From assembly GCA_902616025.1 (NCBI GenBank), contig CACMRE010000002.1, forward strand, positions 48-64,047: 64,000 nucleotides of DNA, written 5' to 3'. Below, piece by piece: positions 10,950 through 20,635 of this stretch. This DNA comes from an uncultured Pelagibacteraceae bacterium. Lineage in GTDB: Bacteria > Pseudomonadota > Alphaproteobacteria > Pelagibacterales > Pelagibacteraceae. Position numbers and translations under genes: made by a program. Below the pieces are notes generated by a model. The model ran no database searches and had not been told where the DNA came from. It worked only from the letters and a program-made list of their open reading frames with translations. Every line of letters begins with the position of its first letter. Within the stretch, counting starts at the first letter, position 1.

Positions 10950-11874
10950 ATAATCTTTCAAAAACTCTTTCAGCACTTAAGTTTTTTAAATCTGTAACTT
11001 CAATTGGTTTAAAATTTTCTCTTTCAATACTTACTTTGTACGCTGTTGTATGTTTGCCAAATAATGTAAGACCTTTGGCTCCTACATGAGCAGCTATGTG
11101 CGCAGGACCAGTATCATTTGCAACAACAAATGAACTATCTTTTATCAAGGAAGTAAGTTGAGAAATATTTAGCGCTCTTCCATTATCCAGTAAAGCTAAT
11201 GCATTAATATTTTTTGCTTCACTGATTTCGGTTGGTCCAGGAGCTGTAATAACTTTATATTCTTCACCATACTTATTCGATATTAAATCAATAAGCTTGT
11301 TGTAATAAGGCCATTTTTTAATCGATAAATGAGGTGAACAGAAAGGAAATAATAAAATATATTTTGTTATTTTATAAAAGTTTTTAATTTCACTTATGTC
11401 TGTAGCTGCCCAATTAAAATCTGGCCTTAGTGTATTCAATGTACTTAATCCTGAGTCTTTCAATTGATATTCAAATCTTTCGAGAACAGAATTTTTGTCA
11501 AATTCACTTTTATTTTTTCCTAATGGTAAAGTCGTTGTTGAGCTCGACCATATTTCCTTACCTGCTTTCGGAAAAAGAATATTCTTATAAAAATTAGTTC
11601 TAGATGAATTTTGCAAGTCAAAAACTTTAGAAAAGTTATGTTTTTTTATTTCACGCATTAAAAAATATAAATATATTAAATTAAACCTAGGTAGTCTTTT
11701 GTCTAAAATAACATTATGAATAAATGGATTTTTTTTGAATAAATCAATAAATGGTTTTGTAGTAAGAAGATGAATTTGATCATTTTTATGATTTTCAAAT
11801 ATGTCTTGAATAGCACCACTAGCTTGAGATATATCTCCTAAAGATCCGTGTTTGATAATTAGTATATTAGACAT
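10933..11874 (-). CDS. Glycosyltransferase family 9 (ADP-heptose:LPS heptosyltransferase-like)
   Basis: IIKHGSLGD, DLQ, KKWP and NDTGPAHIAA motifs. Confidence 0.9.
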   Translation of the reverse strand: MSNILIIKHGSLGDISQASGAIQDIFENHKNDQIHLLTTKPFIDLFKKNPFIHNVILDKRLPRFNLIYLYFLMREIKKHNFSKVFDLQNSSRTNFYKNILFPKAGKEIWSSSTTTLPLGKNKSEFDKNSVLERFEYQLKDSGLSTLNTLRPDFNWAATDISEIKNFYKITKYILLFPFCSPHLSIKKWPYYNKLIDLISNKYGEEYKVITAPGPTEISEAKNINALALLDNGRALNISQLTSLIKDSSFVVANDTGPAHIAAHVGAKGLTLFGKHTTAYKVSIERENFKPIEVTDLKNLSAERVFERLSNSLT

Positions 11875-11906
11875 ATTTATAACAAGATAACATAGTATTA
11901 AATTTT

Positions 11907-12296
11907 ATGAATAAAATTATAGTAGAAGTTTCAGTTGGAGAACTTTTAGATAAAATTTCAATTTTAGAGATTAAAAAAGAAAAGATAAAAGATGCTGAAA
12001 AATTAAAATTCATTAATAACGAACACTCTATTCTTAAAAATCAGTTAGATGAAAATATCAAATCTGATGAAAAGCTGAATAACCTTTACCAATCTCTTAA
12101 AGTAATTAACTCAAAACTTTGGGTTATCGAGGATGATAAAAGACAATGTGAGAAAGATAAAAATTTTGGAGAAAAATTTATTAAGCTTTCAAGAGATGTT
12201 CATTTTCTAAATGACGATCGGGCAAAAATTAAATTAGAGATTAACAATCACACTGGATCAACTATTAAAGAAATAAAAGAATACACTAGTTATTAA
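11907..12296 (+). CDS. Conserved hypothetical protein (DUF6165-like)
   Basis: SVGELLDKISILEIK...LWVIEDDKR...NDDRAKIK...EIKEY pattern. Confidence 0.75.
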   Translation: MNKIIVEVSVGELLDKISILEIKKEKIKDAEKLKFINNEHSILKNQLDENIKSDEKLNNLYQSLKVINSKLWVIEDDKRQCEKDKNFGEKFIKLSRDVHFLNDDRAKIKLEINNHTGSTIKEIKEYTSY

Positions 12297-12303
12297 ATCA
12301 TTA

Positions 12304-13455
12304 ATGGGACTTCATTTCTCAAAAGAAGAATTTAAAGTTAGAAAATCCAAAGTTTTAGATTCCATGAAAGATCAAAACATTGATGCTTTATTAATGTTTA
12401 GACAAGAATCTATGTATTGGTTAACTGGTTATGACACATTTGGATATGTTTTCTTTCAAACATTAATTTTAGATAAAAAAGGAAACACAATATTACTGAC
12501 TAGAGCTCCAGATTTAAGACAGGCACAAAATACATCCAATATTGAAGATATAAGAATTTGGGTTGATAAAGATGGATCAAACCCAACCGATGATCTTAAA
12601 GTTATTTTGGATGAGCTAAATCTCAAAGGAAAAAAATTAGGAGTTGAATATGATGCTTATGGATTGACTGGAAAAAATACATTGAAGCTTAATAAGTCTT
12701 TAGAAAATTATTGTTCTGTTGAAGATAAATCGGACTTAATAACAAAGTTAAGAGTAATTAAATCCAAAGAGGAAATTGTTTATGTAAAAAAAGCTGCAGA
12801 ACTAGCTGATCAAGCTTTGGATGAAATTTGGAAATATGCCAAAGCGGGTGTGAATGAGTCTAAGATTTTAGCTGAAATGAATAAAGTTATATTTGAAGGA
12901 GGTGGAGATTATCCTGCAAATGAATTTATTATTGGTTCAGGAAAAAATGCTCTTCTTTGCCGTTATCAATCAGAAAAACAAACTTTAAATAATCAAGATC
13001 AATTAACTATAGAATGGGCTGGTACTTATAGACATTACCATTCAGCAATGTTTAGAACAATTCCTATAGGTAAAGCAGATCCTAAACATCATAAAATGCA
13101 TGAGGCGTGTGTTGAAGCGTTAAAGAATTGCGAAAATAAATTAAAACCTGGAAATAAAATTGGAGAGGTTTTTGATATTCACGCAAAAACTTTTGATGAT
13201 CTTGGTTTTAATAAAGCAAGAATGAATGCATGTGGATATTCTTTAGGTACTACTTTCGCTCCAAATTGGATGGATTGGCCAATGTTGTACACAGGGAATC
13301 CATACGTGATTGAGACTGGAAATGTTTTTTTTATGCATATGATATTAATGGACTCAGAAAATCAATTAGCAATGAACTTAGGTGAAACTTATTTAGTCAC
13401 TGAACAAGGTAACGAAAGACTTGGTAAACAAAAAATTGATTTAGTTGTGCTTTAA
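12304..13455 (+). CDS. M24-fold hydrolase (Xaa-Pro peptidase family; creatinase/DoeA-like)
   Basis: Creatinase N-domain YWLTGY; LRVIKSKEE; pita-bread C-domain. Confidence 0.85.
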   Translation: MGLHFSKEEFKVRKSKVLDSMKDQNIDALLMFRQESMYWLTGYDTFGYVFFQTLILDKKGNTILLTRAPDLRQAQNTSNIEDIRIWVDKDGSNPTDDLKVILDELNLKGKKLGVEYDAYGLTGKNTLKLNKSLENYCSVEDKSDLITKLRVIKSKEEIVYVKKAAELADQALDEIWKYAKAGVNESKILAEMNKVIFEGGGDYPANEFIIGSGKNALLCRYQSEKQTLNNQDQLTIEWAGTYRHYHSAMFRTIPIGKADPKHHKMHEACVEALKNCENKLKPGNKIGEVFDIHAKTFDDLGFNKARMNACGYSLGTTFAPNWMDWPMLYTGNPYVIETGNVFFMHMILMDSENQLAMNLGETYLVTEQGNERLGKQKIDLVVL

Positions 13456-14126
13456 TTAAAGCTGTACTTCTTTTCTAAAAACTTAATCACATTATGAATT
13501 ATAAAGGTCATAAATAAATAAATACCACCAGCAACAATAAATACCTCAATTGGTTTAAAAGTTGTTGAAATTATATATTTTGCAACACCTGTAAGATCCA
13601 TTATAGTGACAGTACTTGCTAAAGAAGTTCCTTTCATCATTAGGATAATTTCATTTCCATAAGCTGGTAAAGATTGTCTTATAGCGATAGGAATTTGAAT
13701 TTTATAAAAGATTACTTTATTTGAGATACCCAAACTTTTACCTGCCTCTATTATTCCAAGTTTAATGGTTTGAAATGCTGATCTCAATATCTCGGAAGTG
13801 TAAGCACCCGTGTTTAGAGCAAAAGCAATTATTGCACACCAATATGGTTCTTTTAAAATTACCCATAAAATTGTTGATCTTAAATAATCAATCTGACCTA
13901 ATCCAAAATAAATAATGAATATCTGTACTAAAAGTGGTGTACCTCTAAAAACATAAGAATATCCATAAGCAAATCTATTGATAAATATATTTTTATTTAA
14001 TCTTAGAATTGCAAAAAATAAGCCAATGAATAATCCAATTATTAAAGAAACTGAAAGAAGTTTTAAAGTTATTACAGCAGCATTTAATAACTTTGGGAGA
14101 CTACTAATCATTAATTCAAGATCCAT
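13452..14126 (-). CDS. Polar amino acid ABC permease (HisM/OccM-like)
   Basis: FRGTPLLVQ, AYTSEILR and EAA loop. Confidence 0.92.
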   Translation of the reverse strand: MDLELMISSLPKLLNAAVITLKLLSVSLIIGLFIGLFFAILRLNKNIFINRFAYGYSYVFRGTPLLVQIFIIYFGLGQIDYLRSTILWVILKEPYWCAIIAFALNTGAYTSEILRSAFQTIKLGIIEAGKSLGISNKVIFYKIQIPIAIRQSLPAYGNEIILMMKGTSLASTVTIMDLTGVAKYIISTTFKPIEVFIVAGGIYLFMTFIIHNVIKFLEKKYSFN

Positions 14127-14818
14127 TAGTACCCCCTACTATATTTAACTTCTAATCTGTTAATTAATTTCATACTCACAAAAGTAAGTAGTAAATACAA
14201 AACTGCAGCAAATGAATAAAAGAATAATGGATCTCTCGTTGATCCAGCAGCAATATAAGATTGTCTCATGATTTCAACTAAACCTGTAACTGAAATTAGA
14301 GAAGTGTCTTTTAGAGTTATCTGCCAAACATTACTTAGATTTGGAATAGCTAATCTTAATGTTTGAGGTAAAATAATTTTAAAAAATTTTCCAAATTTAT
14401 TTAAACCTAATACATTGGCAGCTTCGAACTGGCCTTTATCAATTGATTGAATTGCTCCCCTAAAAACTTCAGTTGAATAGGCACCAGAAATTATTCCAAT
14501 TGCAAATGCACCTGTGATAAATGCATTTATTTCAATATACTCATTATAACCAAATATTGATGCAACAAACATAACTGCACCAGTTCCACCAAAAAAGAAA
14601 AGATAAATTACTAATAATTCTGGAACACCTCTTATTATAGTTGTGTAAGAATTGGCTATGAAATTTAAAAACTTATTTTTAGATAATTTTAATGGAGTAA
14701 AGATTAACGCAAAAAGAAAACCTATAATCATTGCTGTAATTGAAACAGCTATAGTCATTAGAGTGGCACGAAATAACTCGTCACCCCATCCAGTATCTCC
14801 AAATGCTAGAAGTTCCAT
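14126..14818 (-). CDS. Polar amino acid ABC permease (HisQ/OccQ-like)
   Basis: RGVPELL, GAYSTEVFRG and GQFEAA motifs. Confidence 0.92.
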   Translation of the reverse strand: MELLAFGDTGWGDELFRATLMTIAVSITAMIIGFLFALIFTPLKLSKNKFLNFIANSYTTIIRGVPELLVIYLFFFGGTGAVMFVASIFGYNEYIEINAFITGAFAIGIISGAYSTEVFRGAIQSIDKGQFEAANVLGLNKFGKFFKIILPQTLRLAIPNLSNVWQITLKDTSLISVTGLVEIMRQSYIAAGSTRDPLFFYSFAAVLYLLLTFVSMKLINRLEVKYSRGY

Positions 14819-14820
14819 AT

Positions 14821-14854
14821 AGATTGGCGACTATACATTATAGTCGCCAAATCT
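14821..14854 (-). terminator. Intercistronic stem-loop after the substrate-binding protein gene
   Basis: Inverted repeat TTGGCGACTATA-cat-TATAGTCGCCAA. Confidence 0.75.
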
Positions 14855-14862
14855 AAAATTAA

Positions 14863-15693
14863 TTACATAGAGGCATCAAAACCGAACCATTTTGTAGCTA
14901 TTCTACTAATGTCTCCGTTTTTTCTAGCCTTCTCGATTGCTTTGTTAAATGCTTTTAATAATTCAGTGTCGTCTTTTCTAATTCCAACTCCAACACCATT
15001 ACCAAATGCTCCACCTGAAAAAGTTGGACCTACAAGAACAACTGGTTTACCAGATTTTTCAGCATAATCTGTAAAAGCAACCGCAGCTGCTAATGCAACA
15101 TCACATCTTCCTGATGCTAAGTCTAAGTTTACTTCATCTTGAGTTTTGTAAGTTCTTAGATTTATTTTTCCTACATCACCAGATTCTAAAAAGTTTTGGT
15201 GAATAGTTGCTGTTTGTGTACAAACAGTTTTGCCAGCAAGTGCACCCGTTAAAGTTTTTAAAGTTTTCTTAACACCTGAACCACCTAGAGTAAGATTAAT
15301 TCCCTCTGGAGTATCCATACCTTCAAGGTCAGAACCTTTCATAACTGCTAAAGATGCAACTTCATCTGCATAACCTTGAGAAAAGCTTATAGCTTTTTGT
15401 CTTTCTGCAGTAATAGACATACCCGCCATAATTGCATCAAATTTTCTCATAATTAAAGCTGGTATCATTCCATCCCAATCTTGTTCAACAATCTCACATT
15501 GTTGTCCAATATATCTGCAAAGCGTGTAAGCTAATTCGACTTCAAATCCGATTAATTTACCTGATGCATCTTTAGAATTCCATGGAGGATAAGCACCTTC
15601 TGTACCAATTTTAATTTTATCAGCATTAACATTTCCAATTATTAAAAATGAAAATAAAACTGAAAAAATAACTTTTTTAAATATATTCATCAT
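14863..15693 (-). CDS. Lys/Arg/Orn/octopine-type ABC substrate-binding protein
   Basis: Signal peptide; TEGAYPPWN, WDGMIPAL and MSITAER motifs. Confidence 0.93.
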   Translation of the reverse strand: MMNIFKKVIFSVLFSFLIIGNVNADKIKIGTEGAYPPWNSKDASGKLIGFEVELAYTLCRYIGQQCEIVEQDWDGMIPALIMRKFDAIMAGMSITAERQKAISFSQGYADEVASLAVMKGSDLEGMDTPEGINLTLGGSGVKKTLKTLTGALAGKTVCTQTATIHQNFLESGDVGKINLRTYKTQDEVNLDLASGRCDVALAAAVAFTDYAEKSGKPVVLVGPTFSGGAFGNGVGVGIRKDDTELLKAFNKAIEKARKNGDISRIATKWFGFDASM

Positions 15694-15750
15694 TCTCTCC
15701 TTTAATAAAAAAATATTATTTCACAAATCAGAGACTTTAAAAAGAAAAAA

Positions 15751-16791
15751 CTAATGATTTATTGAAGACGAGAAATTCCAAGAACAATCAAAACTGGGTA
15801 CATAAACCCTGGATAATTTGGTATTTCCAAAATGATGATGAAAAACATTCATCCAATTTTCAACTTGAAGAGGTTTTTTATCTTGGCTACCAACTTGTGC
15901 TGTGATCACACCCTTTGGTTTTAATATTCTTACTAAAGAGTCCATATTTTTTGCTGCCAAATCTATACAAAACTGATCATCATTTAAATCTACAAAAATA
16001 TGATCGTATGTATCGTCTTTTACTGATTTAATACTATGAAACGCATCTCCCCAAACACATTTAACTGAATTTTTCTCTGTAGCTTTTTTTCCAATGTCCC
16101 CTAAATGTTTGTTACAAACTTCAACTACTTCTGGATCAAGCTCATACCAATCGATAAAATTAAATTTTTTAGATATGCATTCTCTAGCAACACCTCCGTC
16201 ACCACCACCAATGATTGCAGCTCTTTCATTATTTTTATTTAACTTCAATCCGGCACCTACAAACGTTGAGCTGTACAAATGTTCATCAGACTCAGCTACT
16301 TGAATTTCACCATCAATAAACAATGATTTTCCAAATTGCTCTAACTCTAAAATCTCGATATGTTGACCCACCTTTGATTTAAAATCTTCCAAAACTTCAT
16401 TTACAACATATGATTTTTGTAAACCCGGAGAGCTGTAAATATCGTGATAAAGAGATCTTGTATCTCTGTTAAATTCTTTTTTTACAATTCTTTTGTGCTT
16501 AAATTCTTTTTTAACAATATCAATCGCTACTGAGGGACTGATTTTTCCACAAGTAAAGAAATCAAAACTTATAATTCCTTTTTCAGGAAATGTATGAAAA
16601 CTAATATGACTTTCAGCTAATAACGCAAGAATTGTAAAGCCCTGTGGTTCAAACTTATATTTTGATATATTTAAGATTGTAACTTTAGCTTCTTTAGCAA
16701 TCTCATTGATAACTCTTTCATAAACTGACGGATCATATTCTTTATCAGTACCAATTATATCTAAAGTAATGTGCTCCCCTACTTTTATCAT
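15751..16791 (-). CDS. speE: Fused pyruvoyl-dependent SAM decarboxylase (SpeD) and aminopropyltransferase (SpeE)
   Basis: N-terminal LAESHISFHTFPE...FTCG (SpeD); C-terminal IIGGGDGG, ELDPEVV and GDA (SpeE). Confidence 0.9.
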   Translation of the reverse strand: MIKVGEHITLDIIGTDKEYDPSVYERVINEIAKEAKVTILNISKYKFEPQGFTILALLAESHISFHTFPEKGIISFDFFTCGKISPSVAIDIVKKEFKHKRIVKKEFNRDTRSLYHDIYSSPGLQKSYVVNEVLEDFKSKVGQHIEILELEQFGKSLFIDGEIQVAESDEHLYSSTFVGAGLKLNKNNERAAIIGGGDGGVARECISKKFNFIDWYELDPEVVEVCNKHLGDIGKKATEKNSVKCVWGDAFHSIKSVKDDTYDHIFVDLNDDQFCIDLAAKNMDSLVRILKPKGVITAQVGSQDKKPLQVENWMNVFHHHFGNTKLSRVYVPSFDCSWNFSSSINH

Positions 16792-16792
16792 A

Positions 16793-17449
16793 TTACCCTT
16801 TTTTATAATCTCTAGCTTTTTCCAAAACTTTTTTCATTTCTTCTAATGAAAGAATCTTTGGTTCTCCTAACTTTAGTGCAATAGTGTATTGATGACAAAT
16901 ATTTTCTATCTCTTGTGCTAGTTCAAATGCTTGCTGTAAATTTTTTCCAAAAGCAACCTGTCCGTGATTAGACATCAAACAAGCACTTCTATTTTCTAAA
17001 GCTTTAATTACATTTTGTGAAAGTTCTTTTGTCCCAAAAGTAGCGTATTCAGCACATTTAATGTCTTCTCCTCCTGCAAGAGCAATCATGTAATGAAACG
17101 GAGGTATGGATTTTCCGTGTGAAGATACAGCTGTTGCGTGTGGAGAATGTGCATGAACAATTGCTTGGGCATCTTTTTTATTTACATAAATATCTCTATG
17201 AAATCTCCATTCGGAGGAGGGTTTGTTTACTGAATCGTTATTTTCTGCTTCTTCATTTAAACCCATAAAAACAATATCTTCTGGCTTTAATGTTTCATAT
17301 TTTTTTCCTGATGGAGTAATTAAATAACCTCGAATATTATCTTGTTCTGCTCTCAAAGATATATTTCCTGATCGTAGCGGTGAAAGATTTGTAGAGTTCA
17401 ATTTTAGAGAATGCTCAATAATTTGATTTCTTTGGTCTAAATTCTTCAT
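16793..17449 (-). CDS. Class II aldolase (methylthio-/5-deoxy-ribulose-1-phosphate aldolase type)
   Basis: SGNIS, ITPSG, PSSEWRFH, HAHS and NHG motifs; in operon with mtnA and mtnP. Confidence 0.88.
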   Translation of the reverse strand: MKNLDQRNQIIEHSLKLNSTNLSPLRSGNISLRAEQDNIRGYLITPSGKKYETLKPEDIVFMGLNEEAENNDSVNKPSSEWRFHRDIYVNKKDAQAIVHAHSPHATAVSSHGKSIPPFHYMIALAGGEDIKCAEYATFGTKELSQNVIKALENRSACLMSNHGQVAFGKNLQQAFELAQEIENICHQYTIALKLGEPKILSLEEMKKVLEKARDYKKG

Positions 17450-18516
17450 TTAAATAATTCTTTTAGTCCTCTTTCTGATGCTTCACATATGCCTTTTTCC
17501 GTAATTAATCCTGTTACATATTTTGCTGGGGTTACATCAAAAGCCAAATTCATAGCTTTACTTTTTTTTGGATAAATTTGTATTTTTTTTACATTTCCTT
17601 TCTCATCTAAACCTTCCACATGAGATAATTCCTCTGAATTTCTCTCTTCAATTGGAATATCTTTATGATCTTTTATGTTCCAGTCAATTGTTGAACTTGG
17701 TAGTGCAACATAAAAAGGAATTTTGTTATCATGAGCTGCTAGTGCTTTTAGATAAGTTCCAACTTTATTACAAACATCTCCATTGGCAAGAGTTCTGTCT
17801 GTTCCAACAATACACATGTCAACCTCTCCTCTTTGCATCAAAATTCCACCTGTGTTATCTGTAATGATTGTGTTTTTAATCCCTTCTTCATTTAGTTCAT
17901 AGGAAGTAAGATTTGCTCCTTGATTTCTTGGTCTAGTTTCATCTGCCCATACATGAACAGGAATTCCTTTTTTATGCGCATGATAGATTGGAGAAGTTGC
18001 GGTCCCCCAATTTATTGTTGCAAGCCAACCTGCATTACAATGAGTTAAGATATTAACTATATCTTTTTTTTTATTATAAATTTCCTCTATTATTTTAAGA
18101 CCATTTAATCCTATATTTTTACAAAATTTTATATCTTCTTCGCATATTTCTTTTGCTTCATTAACAGCTATTTCTAAAATTTTATCACTATTTAAACCTG
18201 ACAATTTATTCATCATTCTATCAACAGCCCATTTTAAATTTATTGCTGTTGGTCTTGAACTTATTAATTCATCTGCAGATTTTTTCAAAAATGATTGATC
18301 ATTATTTTCAATAATTGCTAAAACTAATCCATAAGCTGCTGTAGCACCTATCAAGGGTGCGCCTCTTACTTCCATTATTTTTATAGCATTAATTGCATCT
18401 TTAACTGTCTTTAGATCCTTTATAATAAATTGATGTGGCAGTTTTGTTTGATCAATAATTTTTACAACATTATCCTCAAACCAAATAGTACGATAATCTT
18501 TTCCTTCTATTCTCAT
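17446..18516 (-). CDS. mtnA: S-methyl-5-thioribose-1-phosphate isomerase
   Basis: DQTKLP, VRGAPLIG, RPTAINL, LTHCNAG, ETRP and NKVGT motifs. Confidence 0.96.
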   Translation of the reverse strand: MRIEGKDYRTIWFEDNVVKIIDQTKLPHQFIIKDLKTVKDAINAIKIMEVRGAPLIGATAAYGLVLAIIENNDQSFLKKSADELISSRPTAINLKWAVDRMMNKLSGLNSDKILEIAVNEAKEICEEDIKFCKNIGLNGLKIIEEIYNKKKDIVNILTHCNAGWLATINWGTATSPIYHAHKKGIPVHVWADETRPRNQGANLTSYELNEEGIKNTIITDNTGGILMQRGEVDMCIVGTDRTLANGDVCNKVGTYLKALAAHDNKIPFYVALPSSTIDWNIKDHKDIPIEERNSEELSHVEGLDEKGNVKKIQIYPKKSKAMNLAFDVTPAKYVTGLITEKGICEASERGLKELFK

Positions 18517-19385
18517 TTATTTAGAACTCTACCCGCAACTGTTTTAAGTTTATTTATAGTTTTTTTTGTTCTTTTTTCCGGTGCAGTAATAATAGCAACA
18601 TCCAAACAATTATTAGTTGGATCATTTGGATCAATATGATTTTCAAAATTTTCTATCAAATTTTTAATCATATTTTTTGCTTTTGCAGCATTTCCTAAAA
18701 GAACTTTTATTACTTGTTGCACATCTACATTTTCATGATCTGGATGCCAACAATCATAATCAGTTACCATCGAAACAGATGCATACCTAATTTCTGCTTC
18801 TCTAGCTAATTTAGCCTCTGGCATATTTGTCATACCAATCACATCAGCTTTCCATGATCTATAAAGATTGGACTCAGCTAAAGTTGAAAATTGTGGCCCT
18901 TCCATTACTACATAGGTTCCACCTCTTTGATATTCTATTTTTTCTTTTTTAATAGCTTCTTCACACGCATTCATAAGACCATTTGATGTTGGATGAGCCA
19001 TAGAAACATGGGCAACGATTTCGTCATCAAAAAAAGTTTTATTTCTTGCGAAAGTTCTATCTATAAATTGATCAACAATTACAAATTTACCTGGCGGTAA
19101 ATCTTCTTTTAAAGATCCAACAGCTGATACAGAAACAATGTCAGAAACACCTAATTGTTTTAACGCATCAATATTAGCTCTAAAATTTATTTTTGAGGGT
19201 GAAATAAAATGCCCCCTTCCATGTCTTGGTAAAAAATAAACCTCTTTATTTTTATATTTTGTCTTTAAAATTTGATCTGAGGGTTTTCCCCAGGGAGTTT
19301 GTAAATCAACTAACTCTCGATTTTCAAATTCCTCAACATCATATAAACCGCTTCCACCAATGATTGCTAATTTATTTATTGTCAT
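18513..19385 (-). CDS. mtnP: S-methyl-5'-thioadenosine phosphorylase
   Basis: IIGGSG, PRHGRGH, EGPQFST, GMT and VTDYDCW motifs. Confidence 0.95.
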   Translation of the reverse strand: MTINKLAIIGGSGLYDVEEFENRELVDLQTPWGKPSDQILKTKYKNKEVYFLPRHGRGHFISPSKINFRANIDALKQLGVSDIVSVSAVGSLKEDLPPGKFVIVDQFIDRTFARNKTFFDDEIVAHVSMAHPTSNGLMNACEEAIKKEKIEYQRGGTYVVMEGPQFSTLAESNLYRSWKADVIGMTNMPEAKLAREAEIRYASVSMVTDYDCWHPDHENVDVQQVIKVLLGNAAKAKNMIKNLIENFENHIDPNDPTNNCLDVAIITAPEKRTKKTINKLKTVAGRVLNK

Positions 19386-19427
19386 CTTAAAATATTTTAA
19401 TTAATTATTAATATATAATTTAACCAT

Positions 19428-19955
19428 ATGAATTTAAAAGATTTTATTAGATCAATTCCAGATTATCCAAAAAAAGGGATATTATTTCGAGATATAACAA
19501 CACTAATTAAAAATGAAAAAGCATTTTCTGAAACAATAAACCAGATAGTTGAGAGGAGTAAAAAAGTAAAATTTGATAAAATTGCAGCTATTGAGTCAAG
19601 AGGCTTTGTTTTTGCTTCTGCTGTTTCATACATATTAAAAAAACCCTTTGTGATGCTTAGAAAGAAAAATAAATTACCAGCTGATGTTCACTCAATAGAT
19701 TTTGAACTCGAATATGGTACCGCAACAATAGAGGTGCATAAAGACTCTATTGATGAAAATGATGAGGTTTTAATTATTGATGATTTAATTGCAACTGGAG
19801 GGACGGCAGAAGCTGCAGCTAGGTTAGTTGAAATTTCTAAAGGAAAAGTTGCTGCTTTTATTTTTGTTATTAATTTATTTGATCTCAGTGGTACGGACAA
19901 ATTAATAAAAAAAGGTTATAAAGTTGAAAACCTTATTGATTTTCCGGGTCATTAA
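19428..19955 (+). CDS. apt: Adenine phosphoribosyltransferase
   Basis: GILFRDIT, ESRGF, LEYG and IDDLIATGGT motifs. Confidence 0.96.
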   Translation: MNLKDFIRSIPDYPKKGILFRDITTLIKNEKAFSETINQIVERSKKVKFDKIAAIESRGFVFASAVSYILKKPFVMLRKKNKLPADVHSIDFELEYGTATIEVHKDSIDENDEVLIIDDLIATGGTAEAAARLVEISKGKVAAFIFVINLFDLSGTDKLIKKGYKVENLIDFPGH

Positions 19956-19957
19956 AA

Positions 19958-20635
19958 ATGGAAAAATTAAATAAAATTTCTAAAATATTTAATAAGATTT
20001 ATTACAATCTTTTCGTTGAAAGTTTTAAGGGTAAACTTCATTACAATTTTCCACAAAATTATTATCGTTGGGATCTTATTGAATATTTGATTAACAAATA
20101 TGATTATTCTGATTACTTAGAAATAGGTTGTGATCAAAATCAGTTATTTTCAAAAATTAAGATACAAAATAAAGTTGGTGTAGACCCAAGTAGTGGTGGG
20201 AATGTTAGAAAAACAAGTGATGAATTTTTTAAGGAAAATAAAAAAAAATTTGACATAGTTTTCATCGACGGCCTTCATATTTATGATCAAGTAAAAAAAG
20301 ATATTCTTAATTCAATAAATTGTTTAAAAGACAATGGTATTGTCCTAGTACATGATTGTATGCCCGACTGTTTAAGTAAACAGGCCGTTCCTAGATATAG
20401 AATGATATGGAATGGTGATGTTTGGAAAGCAATAGTTGACTTAAGACAAAGAGAGGATTTAGAAATTTTTACATGTGAAATGGATCAAGGTATAGGAATA
20501 ATTAAAAAAAAGAAAAATACCTCGATCTTAGAAATAAAAAAACCAGCAAGAAATTTAAAATTTAAAGATTACTATGCTAATTACAAAAAGTTTTTAAGAG
20601 TAATAAGTGTAGAAGAATTAAAACAGAAATATTAA
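19958..20635 (+). CDS. Class I SAM-dependent methyltransferase (Methyltransf_24-like)
   Basis: YLEIGC, FDIVFIDGLH and HD motifs. Confidence 0.82.
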   Translation: MEKLNKISKIFNKIYYNLFVESFKGKLHYNFPQNYYRWDLIEYLINKYDYSDYLEIGCDQNQLFSKIKIQNKVGVDPSSGGNVRKTSDEFFKENKKKFDIVFIDGLHIYDQVKKDILNSINCLKDNGIVLVHDCMPDCLSKQAVPRYRMIWNGDVWKAIVDLRQREDLEIFTCEMDQGIGIIKKKKNTSILEIKKPARNLKFKDYYANYKKFLRVISVEELKQKY

